Assembly: GCA_040954595.2 (NCBI GenBank)
Contig: CM082588.2
Span: 2,764,144 to 2,828,143 of the forward strand
Direction of reading: 5' to 3'
DNA: 64,000 nucleotides
Source of the DNA: Balanoglossus misakiensis
Taxonomy: Eukaryota > Animalia > Hemichordata
Shown in pieces: positions 38,452 through 61,776 of the stretch (position 1 is its first letter; every line of letters begins with the position of its first letter). The notes under the pieces are model-generated. The model ran no database searches. It had not been told where the DNA came from and saw only the letters and a program-made list of their open reading frames with translations. A program made the position numbers and the translations under genes.

Positions 38452-41400
38452 ATGGCGGACATATCGCTTCAACAACAAAACGCTCCACAAGTAAACCAAG
38501 CCACTGACCGCTCTTTGCGTTCAGTATTCGGTAAGTTGCGGCTACAGCTTTTCAACTACAACGACAATGTGTTTAGCTCAGTTACTCTTCAATAGCTCAA
38601 TGGATTATTGATTAACTTGACACACAACTTCCTTGCCCTGCCTTGTCTCCCAGTCTCAGGCACGCGTGCATGTGCATGCACACATTCACATGTGGAAGGA
38701 CTGTGGTTTTGACTTCATTTGCATTGTGACTTTGATTTCAGTTGGTAACATTCCATATGAAGCCACTGAGGAGCAACTGAAGGATATATTTTCAGAAGTT
38801 GGCCCTGTTGTCAGCTTCAGGTAAGTCCAAATCTCACTCATTCAAAAATTGCTTTGTTTTGTCAACCTTTGCAGTGTCAGTCACTGTTTGTAAGTATGTG
38901 ATAGCTTATCATTTCACAGGAAAGAAGGAATGTTGCAAGGGAAATTGACAGGGGCTTGAGCTCTGTTGTTCATTGCATTGGTGATGAACATCTCATGCAA
39001 TTTCAAGCATAGACTGTCTATGTATGATTCAAGCAACCAGGAAATTAATGTGTTTCATCTTACAGACTTGTGTATGACAGAGAGACAGGCAAACCCAAAG
39101 GATATGGGTTCTGTGAGTACAAAGACCAAGAGACTGCCCTCAGTGCCATGAGGAATCTGAGTGGCTATGAACTGAACGGGCGACAGTTGAGAGTCGACAA
39201 TGCAGCCAGTGAAAAGAACAAAGAAGAATTGAAAAGTAAGTTTCCTTCAAAATGCAGATGAACTTTGTACTCTCACCCAAAGCATTGGAAATTTTATTGT
39301 GTAGAATATAATAACTATGTGTCAATAAGAGAGTTCTAAAACTGATGGGTTGTGTTCTTCTCTTCAGATTTACATGCAGCCGGTCCACCTCAGGAGGTAA
39401 GGGAAATTCTTTTACCTTGTGGCTTTTCAGGGTCTGAAATGTACACATATGTATATTCTTGCTTATTCAGCCTGGGCACAGTCTCTCTAACATATTTCAG
39501 CTGCTACTGGAATGTAATATAATGTGTGTTGATATGTTTATTTATTTTTTAGTCACCATATGGGGACGTTGTGCCACCAGGTGAAGCCCCAGAAGCCATC
39601 AGTAAAGCCGTGGCCAGTCTGCCACCAGAACAGATGTTTGAACTGATGAAACAGATGAAGATGGTTATACAGAATAATCCAGTTGAAGCTCGTAACATGT
39701 TACTGCAGAACCCACAGTTAGCATATGCACTGCTACAAGCTCAGGTGGTCATGCGGATTGTCAGCCCAGAGATCGCCATGGTAGGTATTCAAATCTTCAA
39801 AGACTTCTATCAAGTTGGTGTTTGGATTAGGCATGAACCGGTGCAGGATCAAAGATTCTCACAAATTTCTCTTTTCTCTGTAGGCGATGTTACACAAGCC
39901 CCAGAATCAATTGCAGCCACTCATTCCGCCCGGCTCCATTGCAGGGGCGAATGTACAGGGACAAGGGCAGGGACAGGGGTCGATGCCCGGACCCATGGGG
40001 CCTATGGACGGGCAAAACATGGTAAGGAAAATTGTGTTGGCCTATCAGAGGTATTGTCTCTCAGTCTGAGATAACATTTCAGGGTTTGGGTTCCTATCGA
40101 CAGTTGAAATCACTTACACATCACTGATTTGTTTATGTTCTTTCCATCACTGCAGGGAGGACCTCCAATGGGACACCCAGGTGTACCTGGGGGAATGGGC
40201 CAACCACAGATGCAGCCAATGGGAGGCATGCAGCCGGGACCTGGGCAGGGACAGCAGCCAATGGGACCGGGCCCTATGAATCCAGGTGGTCCAATGATTC
40301 ATCACCATCCAGGTGACCACTTGTTTGACTCAGCATGCAAAAATATGCACCTCTTCTGTGGTGGTGGTGGTGGTAATACATGTCGTGTTTTGTTTGTAAT
40401 AGTGGTGTTACGATTTCCACTGTCTTTGGCTCATTTTGTCTAATTCCTTCGTTTATCTAAATCTACCAAGTCTGCTAACCAGACGCTTTTGTCGAATAAT
40501 TATTTGCATGCTGGGCAATCAGTATGGACACCTGTTGTTTGATCTTGAATATTGACTCAAGGTCAAATAGAGTATCAGAACTGTTACATGTACTAGCAAC
40601 TGTAGATTGTCTCTGTCATTACTGAAATGTATGTGTGTTGTTGTTTTGTAAAAATAAGGTACTATGGATAAAATTATTTGTTTACTAGAGGTTTCTATCA
40701 GTAAGTTGTAGGGTGTAGGAAAATAGTTTGGAGATGATACAGTTAATAATAATTCTCAAAGCATTCTGCTGTCTCCTGATTTCTACTATGTCACATTTCT
40801 GTTTGTTTTTTTTCCCTCATGTACATAGGTCATATGGGCGACCAGCGGATGATGGGACCAGGGCAAGGTATGGGTGGACAGGGGCCATTACAGATGCAAG
40901 GGATGCAGGGTCTCCCAGGACAGCTCCAGCAAGGTCCGCCGCGGCCCAACCGACCCGGGTTGTTGGGCGATGCACCCATGGAACAGAGAGGTCTGCAGGA
41001 TCCCAGAGGTATGTGTAATGTGTACGTGTGATTGCATGTGTGTATGTAGCCTCTGCACATCCCAGAAATAAGAACCAGCCCCTGAATGTAACATACAATG
41101 TGGTTTACTCTCCCTGCAGCACGACAAGATCCAAGATCCCTGGATCCCAGAGGTGGACCACCTCCGAGGGGCCCTGGTGGCCAATCACAGCCACCAAGAG
41201 GAATGCAACAACAAGGGGTAAGTGATCACGGCAAATATCTGGAACGGTGAAGGTTTGGGTTAAAGACAGTATCCATGCAATTGTCCCAGACCCACTGTTG
41301 TGATCTTGAGACCCTAGGACATGATATATTCTTTCTGTTCTAACGTGTTGCAGGGTCCCAGGTTAGGCCCTGGTCCTCAGTCATTGAACATGGCCAGTTT

Positions 41401-41699
41401 ATCTGGAGGTGCAGCGCCTGGTGCATCCCCAGGACAAATCACAGCACAGGATCAAGAGAAAGTAAGTCGATTTACATTCCAAACTTGTCTCCATACAACA
41501 CCCACTCTAGAAGATCTCTACTTCTCCACAGTACACTTCAGTTCACTAATTTTTTCATTTTGTTCAATTTCAGGCTGCCCTTATCATGCAAGTTTTACAG
41601 TTAACTCCAGAACAAGTCGCCATGCTGCCACCAGACCAGAGACAGAGTATAATGATTTTGAAAGACCAAATAGCGCGGAGCTCAGGAACTCCGCAGTGA
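38452..41699 (+). CDS. CSTF2: Cleavage stimulation factor 64 kDa subunit (CstF-64), 11 exons
   Basis: RRM ([65 protein letters not shown]), hinge ([43 protein letters not shown]), G/P/Q-rich region and C-terminal [16 protein letters not shown]. Exons 38452-38530, 38742-38820, 39066-39235, 39368-39396, 39553-39780, 39884-40021, 40156-40312, 40829-41008, 41120-41217, 41354-41461, 41574-41699. AATAAA at 41933. Confidence 0.96.
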
Positions 41700-42477
41700 T
41701 GTTTATTTTTCACAAAGTTACCATTTGAACTGTTGGGGTGTCCGAGCGTGTCTACTTCTGTCAGTCATTCAGACAAAATTCGCCTTGGACAATTAGAATT
41801 ACACAGTGCAACAACAGACAAAATGTGACAGAAATCATCTCTCCTTTATCTTTGCCTCTGTTGCTACAGGGAAGAGTTTGCAACCCCTTTTTTTCATTTT
41901 AAGAGAGCTATTCTGTACAAGTGTTTTCCGTAAATAAAATTTTATGTATTGAAGTATTTCATTAGTTCATTGTCTTACTTATAAAACTGATTAATTAAAA
42001 TGCCCCTCCCCGTGCAGTGAGTCACGTTCTTCCCTTGAGAGAACAACGTGACCTTTGACATTATGCAAATAGAGGTCACCGCGTTGACGTACCCGGAAGA
42101 AGAACGAGCGAAGATAGCAGACACCCGTTTGCGGAACCCATATGATCAGGCGGTGTGATTCACATAAGATAAGGGGTAGGTGTCATCTGATTTATCGCAG
42201 TGATTTCTACAACGTCCCATGGTGTATTGGTTTTGATGTAAAACTTCCTCGTTTTGTATCTCGACGTAAATCATAATGATCGTCTCGCCTCAAGGCGAAC
42301 ATCGCATGCTGGGAAATAAACATGAAATGTACACTACTACTAGAACAGTTGTGTACCTCTGTGAATAATTGGTACAGTATATGAATGTTTATTACACATC
42401 TCATGCAGATCCACTTGATGTCAGTATAAGTTGGATTAACTGGACCTCCACATCTTTCAAGTAGCCCCAACGAAACC

Positions 42478-43260
42478 ATGGCAACAACAGATAAACATGC
42501 AGCAGGGAACCCCCATGGTTTGGACTTGGAGTTGGTGATCAGGGAGTTCCAGGCGGCCCATGCTGAGAAAGACACAGTACTGTTAGATCATTATCTTATT
42601 GGCTATGCAGAAATAGCAAGGTAAGAGCCAGGTACTATACCCAGGGAGAATTTTAAAGTAATGCTTTTCACGTTTTCAGTTCAGTAATTAGCAATTTAGC
42701 ATTACATTGTAATATATTAAATTTACGTTTTCTCCTGCAGATTTTTTGAAGTCATGGGGTCACTGTTTGGATTTGTTGTCAAAGACATGAAGGAAAAAAT
42801 GGGAATCCTGCACAAACATAAACAGGGTAACTACGGGAAACACTTCACCTCTGTGCAGTCGATGGTCTCGTATGAAATAGAAGCAAAGCTGACCGACGTG
42901 AAAAGTCCCGACGGACTTCCCTCGGGTTCGCGAACCATCCTGAGGCTTCACAGGGCCCTTGAATTCATCATGGAACTTTTACGAGCAGTGAAGGAATCAG
43001 AGCCGAATGCTAAAGTCTCGTCCCTGGCGTCGACGGTCTACCACGAAACTCTCTCTAAGCACCACGTGTGGCTGGTCAGAAAAGCAGCCGGCTTGGCCAT
43101 GTACACGCTGCCTCACCGCAAGCACTTCATGGAGACGTCCTTCAAGCTTCCGGCCGAGGAAGCTGAACAGATCATGCCACAGGTTGTCGAGGTTACCAAG
43201 TCCATGTATGAGGAGATTCAGGAGCTGTATGCAAAACATGACATACTTGCGCTGCCTTAG
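42478..43260 (+). CDS. CPTP: Ceramide-1-phosphate transfer protein (GLTP-domain), 2 coding exons
   Basis: Exons 42478-42620 (LDLELVIREF..VLLDHYLIGY) and 42741-43260 (FFEVMGSLFGFVVKD..SGSRTILRLHRALEF..LSKHHVWLVRKAA..LYAKHDILALP) match GLTPD1/CPTP motifs. Confidence 0.9.
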
Positions 43261-43453
43261 TGCAGTCTTGTGTTCGATTACATGAAAAATTTATCATTTC
43301 TGAATCAATCTGCGATGGCCAAAATCAACACAGTGAGTGGTCAGCAAAAGCCCTTTAAATTTTAATCAATTTCATTGGTATCAATCATTTAAGCTTACTG
43401 CATATATGAACCATTCTAGGAACAGTACTTTTATCACAAGTCACAAATGATGG

Positions 43454-43511
43454 CATTGTTTTTAATGTGTGGTTGAACCCATTTACAGGGAAATGGGGAT
43501 GAATGGGTTGA
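43454..43511 (-). mobile_element. Degenerate partial copy of the MITE at 44886-44969, in the CPTP 3' region
   Basis: cattgtttttaatgtgtggttgaacccatttacagggaaatggggatgaatgggttga aligns to the reverse complement of about 44882-44940. Confidence 0.6.
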
Positions 43512-44062
43512 TCGCTGATAGGATGGAGAAAACTTCAGTGCAATAGATGGGTTTTCAGCATGTCTTCAGGGAGCAGAAATAAAATTTCACACATCTGAAA
43601 ACTACTGAATATCAAATGTTAATTGTGTTATAATCTCACGAATTTTGTATTATGATATGTGTCTTTTCTCAGGGAGATTGTTAACTTAGACCAGCAAAGA
43701 GATAAAAAGTTTTCATGTAAAGTATATGCTCATGTGATGTAGTGCATTTATGTTCCCTGCTATATCTTATTAAAATGATAACTATCTCATATCTGCTTTG
43801 TGTTGTCTGAATCTGTGTCTGTCTGAATGTATGTATGCATGAATGCACAAAAATCCTTTATTTATATGCTGTCTCTGTGGATCATGAAATGTATAAATAT
43901 AAGATAAAATTGAACGAAACGTACATGACATCGACACCCTAGCAACGCGAACAGCGCCACCGGCGGTGAAAATGTGACAAGAATTCATAAAAACAATGTT
44001 TGACCCGGAAGTACTTCAAGACACGTGTTAGTTGCAGACAGCCTGAGGTAGCATCGATCGAC

Positions 44063-49326
<5,264 letters not shown>

Positions 49327-49968
49327 ATTGGTCAGTTGGTTATAGTCATTATAGACATTCCACCACACATACTGCCATGTTGTATTTTCATATAAAATAT
49401 TAAATCTAGATTACTTATTCCAATAGTGTATATGTACTTTTTAGTAATGAAAATATAATTTGAAAACTGAAATTGAAAACAGGACACAGAAATAACAAAA
49501 AAAGCTCCATTTATTGTCTCTGCAAGTGCTCTGTGGCAAACAAAGCACTTTGTTTTAAAGAGTGTAATTACAGTCACAAGATCATCTGAATGATACCATA
49601 GAACAGGTACACACAATGGCTAGTCTAGTCTAGTCTACAGAGAAGAACAAGTACTTTATACCGACCAGAAATCCAGTCTAATAATCTTTGAAAGAAATGT
49701 TCAACATGCCGATCAGTTCCTGATGATGTAATTGCAAATCACAAACATGCAATAGGAGTTGTACACAAGACTTTGAATTTTTAAGACAGACTCAGTATTG
49801 TAAGGAAGTGATGATTATTGTAACTACCACAAGAGACTCTCCAGCCCTTGTCAATGACCCCATTTTGAAAAGACGTTGATTGACTGATTTCCACTTCTGG
49901 TGTAACTAAACAGCGTTGGTCTTTACGAACTGGTACTGATCGGCAACTCCACAAATGGCCGAAGTCTC

Positions 49969-52382
49969 TCATGAAAACTTAGCTTTTGAGAAATCCATCT
50001 CCGGATGCTGTTTCATAAACCTGTTGTGGAGGAAAAACAAAAGAAGTTAAGGATATGAGCACACAAATTTGTTTCTTATCAAAGGATTAACACAGAGAAT
50101 CCAGGTTTTGGGTTTTGCTGTACTTACTTATCAAGTACTTCCTTTTTCTTCTGTTCGTCTGACGTTGGAAGGCCCATTTCTTTTTGCCGTTGGTCGAACA
50201 TCATTTTTTCAACCATGCCACGTGTTTCTCCATCCAGATCACTTAACTGAAATCAATAACAAATTGTTGTTTGTTTGGGTGACACACTGGCATTTGCATT
50301 TAAATCTATGCTAGCTATATGAGGCAAAATGTTTTATGCAGTGATGCCGTAATTACCTTTGAGTTTTCTGGCTGTACTTTTTTGGTGTTGATCTCTGGAT
50401 CGGTTTTCACAAGTCGACTCCACCACTCCATTTTATTCACCTGTTGTAATTGTAAACATGACACAAACAGAAATAGGTTAACAAGACCTCATACACGTGT
50501 ACAGGCTACAAAGAGTATATTTCTCAGCCCATGCTGTTGTCTGCTTATCCAGAAATCTGGACTCTGTTCCACTTTTTAAGCCTTCTCATCACTCACCTTT
50601 TCAATTGTGAGCACTAACACTTTCCTGTCTTCAATGATCCAACAGCATTCTTCCACTTTCATCTCGTTGTACGTCTCCCCGTCGATAATCGGTGGCTGGC
50701 CCTTGAGTCCGATCTTCAAGTGCCGTCTGCGGATGTCCACGATCACATCTCGGGGTTTGACAGGGAATGTGACTGGGAACGGGACGCGCAGCTGAGAAGG
50801 CAAACCAAAGGTTCAGTGTGTGGGATTGCAATAACCACACAACCCTCACACCCCTCCATTGCAGTGGTATGGCTTGTAGAAGTTTTGGCCTCATTCTACA
50901 GCTGTACACATAAACATTTCTCATTTCCATTATTCTCACTACATGTTTGTATTGTACCAACCTCAAGTTCAGAGAGTGTTTGTGTCCATTTATAATTCGG
51001 TAAATCAGCTCCATTGCCAGCGTTGGGTTTCATTTTTCCTTTATCTGCCTCATCCTCTTCTGAATCATCCTGTTAACAACAAAAGAAATTATAAAAAGAC
51101 CTTTCCCCAAGAGATAACACTTGAAAATGCCACACACAGAAAAGGACCTTTATACAAGAGAATGAAGTCAAGGAAAAGTGCTAAAAACTTTGCTTACATC
51201 ATCTTCCTTTTTGTCCTTTACTTTCTTCTCTTCACTTGTATCTCCACCAGCAGTGGCACCTTCACCCGTTCTTTCCTGGTCTGTTGTGTTTTGCTGTCAG
51301 AGAGACAAAACAAAGTCACTCATTTGACACTTAGGCTGTAAAAATATTAAAGCGATGTATCATCTAATTTACATATGCCCATAAATGTACACTCCACACA
51401 CACTCACTTCATCAAGTTGTTTCTGCAACCTTTCTGCTTCTTCGTCTGTGAGCTCTTTTATTTTGGGTTCATTCTCCGCTTGTTTCTTCTTCTCGGCCAG
51501 TTTGGCCGCTTTCTCTTCTTTGGCTTTGCGTGTGGCTGCAGCTTCATCATCGCGTTTTTTCTTCTCGGCGTTTGCAAGATCTTGATGGCGCCGGAACTTT
51601 TCCAGGATCAGCTGGCAAGAAGAAAGTCGGCATGACGGTTAACTCAGCTCTTACAATCAGATTTTTGCTGTCCAACCCCCCACCACCACCTGCCAAACCC
51701 TTGAGCTACGGCATTGCGGCTAACTCACGTGGTGATTCTGTTAGTATAGGCTTGACATGATGCATTGATAACGTATGATTCATGGCATCGGGTCAACTAT
51801 TCTGCAGTTGTGCGTGATCCCAACGTGAGACGACCTACCTTTTCTGCCGCTCCCTGTTCGCCTCCGACGTAGAAGTCGGTTTTTCTTCTGAGAAACGAGA
51901 ACACCGTGTCCATTAACTGGAGGAAAGAAATATACACAAGTCAAATCATGATATTGATATTGAAAACGAAAGCATACAACAATAACTTAAACATCGCTGA
52001 AACACACAATCGATTGTCTTCATTTCATGCCACTGAAAAGAAGAAGTACGGATTTGTGAATGAAACGTCGTGGGGCGACTGTAATATGAAGTTATCATGG
52101 ATTGAAAAACCCGGAAATGGTCCATTGGTCGACGTGACATGACAACGCATGTCGCTGTACATGTACATTGCACACATGATCACAAAACATGACACGGCAA
52201 CAGAGTTAACCCTTTGGTTTCTGTTACCTCAAACCGTATTAGAAGTTTGTCTTGATGCTAGCTGATGAACTCGAGGCTGCTCAACCGAAAATCACCAGTA
52301 AAAATCTCACCTCCTGTACTCCGCCTTCACATTGTTGTGCCATGTGAAGGAGCATGCCATCAAATCTTTCTTCGTCCGCCAT
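49969..52382 (-). CDS. NUDC: Nuclear migration protein NudC (CS/p23-domain co-chaperone)
   Basis: [24 protein letters not shown]|[16 protein letters not shown], a CS domain ([31 protein letters not shown]), [23 protein letters not shown], and C-terminus [38 protein letters not shown]. Confidence 0.96.
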
Positions 52383-52667
52383 TTTGAAACTTCATGTGCA
52401 AACATGATAGTGGCCACGGGTGGCGCTGTTTAAAGGTCATCGGACTTTTCATTGACTGCCGCAAGTTTCAAGAAACTTCGGCAGGGTGTAGCCTTTTACG
52501 GCATTGACGTCGATTACCATATGTGATGTGAATTTGATATTACATGTACATAATAGACGAAAAAAGATTCCATTGCGTTTTATTTTTTAATGTGCTACTA
52601 TCCTTCGAAACCTGAGTTATTGTGATCCGCTTGAATGACGAGGCGGTACACTAAGAAGTTCAGTTTT

Positions 52668-55009
52668 TCAAATATTATTATAGCTACTCTTTTCTATCGG
52701 ATAGTTGGCTGGCGACTGTAAATCTTCTTGGTGGTTGTCCTGAGCTGGTTCTCCATCGTCTGACTTCAAGGAAATGACGTCGAAACATTCGATTGAAAAC
52801 CGGTCTTGAACAGAAGGTGCAGTATGCATTTGTAAGGTGCTTGGGGCCGTGCTCTCTGACACCGAGACCGACTTGCTCTCATATGTCGGGTTCTCGAAAC
52901 ATGTGACGTCCGCGTTCTTGGGCGAGCTCTCTCCGGTTCTGCTGGAGCCGGTGGTTCTCTTTGTCAAGGGGATCAGAAACAGGAGTAAAGCGCCGATCAG
53001 GGCGAGTGTCCCAGCAAAGTAGAACGCAACGTCGTAAGACTGGTGAGCATCGAATATCCATCCTGTGAATGAGTGAAAGGGCAAAGAACGAAAGAAAGAA
53101 AGAGTCAGAGACAGACAGACATCATCATCATCGTCTTTGTCGTCGTCATCGTCGACTGGTATTCCCAGTGACCAATACTCAGTGATCGTTTCTTGTCACT
53201 ACACTTCCAAGAAAAGCTTTCTATGTGAATTTGAGTTTAGCAGCTTATACTGAGATCAAGCGAAAGGGAAGCACACATGTTACGTAAACCCACCTGCGAT
53301 TGGTGGTCCAAGTGTGAACGCAATAGAGCAAATAGCCGACATGACTCCCCAGGCTTCGATCATTCTGCTGGGCCCGACCAGATCCTGAGTAAGAACCGGA
53401 AGCAAGGTGATGAACACCGAATCCGCTATCCCGTAGAACACTACGTACGCAACCATCCCGGCGTAATTCGTCGCCAGTGGCAACAGTAGCGTGGATACGC
53501 CGTTGGTGAGGAGGGCGGCCTGGTTGATGTAGATCCGCTTCGATTGGATGGCGTCACACAGCTTGCCGAAGATGATACGACCCACAGTGGTGGAGATTCC
53601 GAGATAGCATATCAACATTGCCGCATCAGCAGATGAAGCACCGTTCAATTCGGCATATTTTATCTGGTCGAAATAAAGATAAGATCATCGTAATCAACCA
53701 ATGGCTGCATCACAAAATAAGTCTTGGTTGACGTCTAAGAATTGATGGAAAATGAACCAAAGTTAAATGTGCTCAGTTACTAACCATGTGAACGTAAGGG
53801 GTGTAATATCCCATGTACACGAGAAAAGTGGCCATGGTCCAAATCCAGAAGACACGGTCCTCCCACACCCAGCAACCCAGGATGTATGTCTTTACCGACG
53901 AGGAGGGAAGTCTGGCCGAGGAATACGGTGTCTGAGCCCTCGAGCGGTAAGATAGGGAAGCGGCGACGGTGACGATCAAGACGACGCACTCCAGTCTCCA
54001 GGCTTTGCGCCATCCGTAGTTGGAGACGAGGAACTGCGTGAACGGCGTCATCACCAACGTGCCAAAACTCCCGCCGGCCGAGACGATACCCGTCGCTAGG
54101 CATCGATGCCTGGAAAAGTACTGCCCGTTCGACAAAATCGCGATCGTGTAAAGGAAACTCGTGCCGACGCCGAACAGGACACTGTAGGTGAGAAACAGCA
54201 CCCCGAGGTTGGTCGCGAAGGATGACGCAAACAGTCCGATGATGCAGAGGACGCCGCCAGCAGCGACCACCGCTCGATGACCGAACCGGACACTCGCATA
54301 AGTTGCCAAAGGAGAAACGCCGTAGGATATACCGTACGACAGGGATGCCACCCAGGCTGCAAAAGAATATCACAAAAGTATGTTAGGAAAGTCACTTCAC
54401 CCATCACACGATCTCCTGAATGCTCGAGGTAGGCCTATCTAATGTAGGATCAATCTGATTTCAATCAGATTGGCTAGCATAAGAATGGTGGCGTGGAGTG
54501 ATATACTTACCAGTTTCTGCACCACTACTGCCAAAGTGATCCAGTAAGGCAACAAAAAACACCCCAAACGCATTGTGGATACCTAAATCAAAAGTACAAA
54601 TGATGAACGACGAAAAACACGCCATCCACGACCGAGCATCGTCAAAAGGGGTGGGCCTATCATGTGCAGAACCACTGTTCGCCACTCCATCGCCACCAAC
54701 GGCCGTAGTCTCTAATCCTGTCTCCGTGGCAACGTCTTGTTTCCTTTCAAGAGACCCAAACTTCTCTTTTGATTCTGTAATATTTTCTGTCGAACCGGCG
54801 TGGCCATAGAGACTGCCACTTGTTCTTCTGGACGATGAGATTTCAATGACATCGTTGTCATCTGCTGCATTCTCCGCGGCCTCCCTGTCGCTCGTCGGTG
54901 TCTTCTCTCCTGGCCCGTCTACTTCATCAGCACCATCATCGTTTGCAATTTCTTGCGCAAAAGTTTCCGTAAGATATTGGCAGGACTCGTTTCGTATATT
55001 CCCCTGCAT
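52668..55009 (-). CDS. SLC16 monocarboxylate transporter family member (MCT10-like, MFS), 4 exons
   Basis: Exons 55009-54511 (acidic N-tail, DDARSWMACFSSF..FGVFFVALLDHF), 54356-53785 (AWVASL..RFGHRAVVAAGG..YFSRHRCLATGIVSAG..YGWR..YYTPYVHM), 53663-53294 (GRIIFGKLCD..GPPIAG) and 53062-52668 (WIFDAHQSYDVAFYFAG). Confidence 0.92.
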
Positions 55010-56262
55010 CTTTTAGGCCTCACTTTTACAAATTCAGGATAAAATGTCGCGTTTTTCCGATTTAAACTCATTTTGGGAACTTTCACGATCGAAATTTCGA
55101 AGCATTCTTGTTCCACCCGCGTCGGTCGTTTCCATTTTCACCTGGACGCGTTCCGTTACCTAGGTGACGTGCTTTGTTCGTTGTGCAGGGGCGCAGAACA
55201 AAGCATCACGAAACAAATGACGCATCCATATCCGAAAGACAATCGTTGACCAATAATAGACTGTCTATGGGCCGACCAATCTGCGTTTATTTTTCAGATT
55301 TCGCAACGAGAAGTTTCCCCTGAATTGTGAATGTCGCCCTCGAGTGGCCAAAAAGTAGCGCCTCGTTTGACACGCGCCCGTACTTTCACATTATTTTCGT
55401 CATTTTTAATTTAAAAATGACTACTGAGAGATGTGTGTCCGCTGTACAATACATTGTACAATGTAGTTAGGTGTGTGTGCAAAATGATAGGATGAACTCT
55501 TCCCGAGGCCCTGTTTTACGATTTCGTAGCACAGAAAATAAAAGTGTATTTGCACAAATCGGGTCAGCCAATGAGCTAATTCAGGAGACAATCAATCAAA
55601 ATAAACGTTGCAAATGTCGTGGAATAAATGCGCGCGTTAAAACATCTTGTCGTTTCAGTGGAAAGGATGGTTTATAAGATATTTTCCGTCACACGATACT
55701 TTTGAGAACACTAGCGAATAGAGTTCAAATGTACCTACCGCTTTGTAAATATTACCGAAAATGGCAAATGTCATAACTCATTTACAGGCCTTTCTGTTAG
55801 TCATATGAGACTAACAGATGTGGTGCAATGTTAATATTCACAAATATACTCCATATACATAGCTTATGTAGTGCCGTCACATTGCGTAGTCGTTGACGGT
55901 TCTGCGCACCTGTTGCTATGGTAATTAACTGTTAGTGCGCAAAAATACCCAGCAGTAGAGGATTTTATTCGATACTTGGGGATAACGTTGCGTTAACGCC
56001 AATGAACGCCTTTATTAGATTAAATGGCGTTCTCTTAGAGTACACGTTTCCGCCGACTTCAATTAGAAGGCAAACGCCGGCCATTCGCCGCGCACAATGA
56101 ATTGATTCATGTTCTGGACAATTATCATCAACATTCAGACGCGCTAACTCTTACGAGGACAAACGTAACCGCGAGCGGTCGTCATTACTTCAGGGTAGAA
56201 AACCCGGCGCTTTACACTAGTGCACTCGACCGAGTCCAAGTGGAGAGAACCTCTTTCGGAAT

Positions 56263-61033
<4,771 letters not shown>

Positions 61034-61710
61034 AATGCAATAGCAAGATTTTTGTCTTATTTTTACCTGTACAGAAACCACTAAGCATTCTGTCATTTTC
61101 TATAACAATCGCTCCGTAACGGAAATCACTGATTTATGAAGAAAAACACGACAGAAAGGCTCAGTGTTGCTCATAATACATTAAACCATCTGGCATCGAA
61201 GGTTCCGACAAGATTTCGAAGATTTTTGTCATTTTTACATGAGTTGTAGTTAATAGTTAAATAGGGCCTAGACGAGAATTTCTATTTTGAAAATTACGTG
61301 ACAAGAATTGGACGTGTATCTGATTTTTAATCAGCAGCCTATGTCTGGGCTACATTATTCTGAACGATTTCCGATGATTTGATAATCAGATATCGATGAC
61401 GAGAGATCGATGCTTTCCGTTTCTATAACAGATGTAATAGCCGCACTCGAAAACAAACAAAAATTCAACAAACAAACAAACTTGATCCTAGTTCCAGAAT
61501 GCACTGCGCGATGTATATAGCAGACGACGTTCCCTGGAGTGCGGACGACGCAATATAGACCCTGTCATCAAGTTCACGTACGTTTTCGTCGTTTCTACAA
61601 TACAAATTGCGAATTTTACGAACTGTGCGACTAGACTGACGAACAGCAACACGTGAGAACATTGTTTGCACCGTTAATTCAGCATGACATTGCCGTTGAA
61701 GGCTCAAGCG

Positions 61711-61776
61711 AACCCGGAAGTAACCCGGAAGTGGGTCTCCATGTGTGAATCCGTGAACTTTAAAAGCAGGGTAAGT
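61711..61776 (+). promoter_or_regulatory. Putative promoter and first exon of an unidentified transcript
   Basis: Tandem AACCCGGAAGT x2 (ETS/GABP-type, 61711-61732), followed by a strong donor CAGG|GTAAGT at 61770/61771. Downstream sequence is CpG-depleted like a gene body. Confidence 0.45.
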
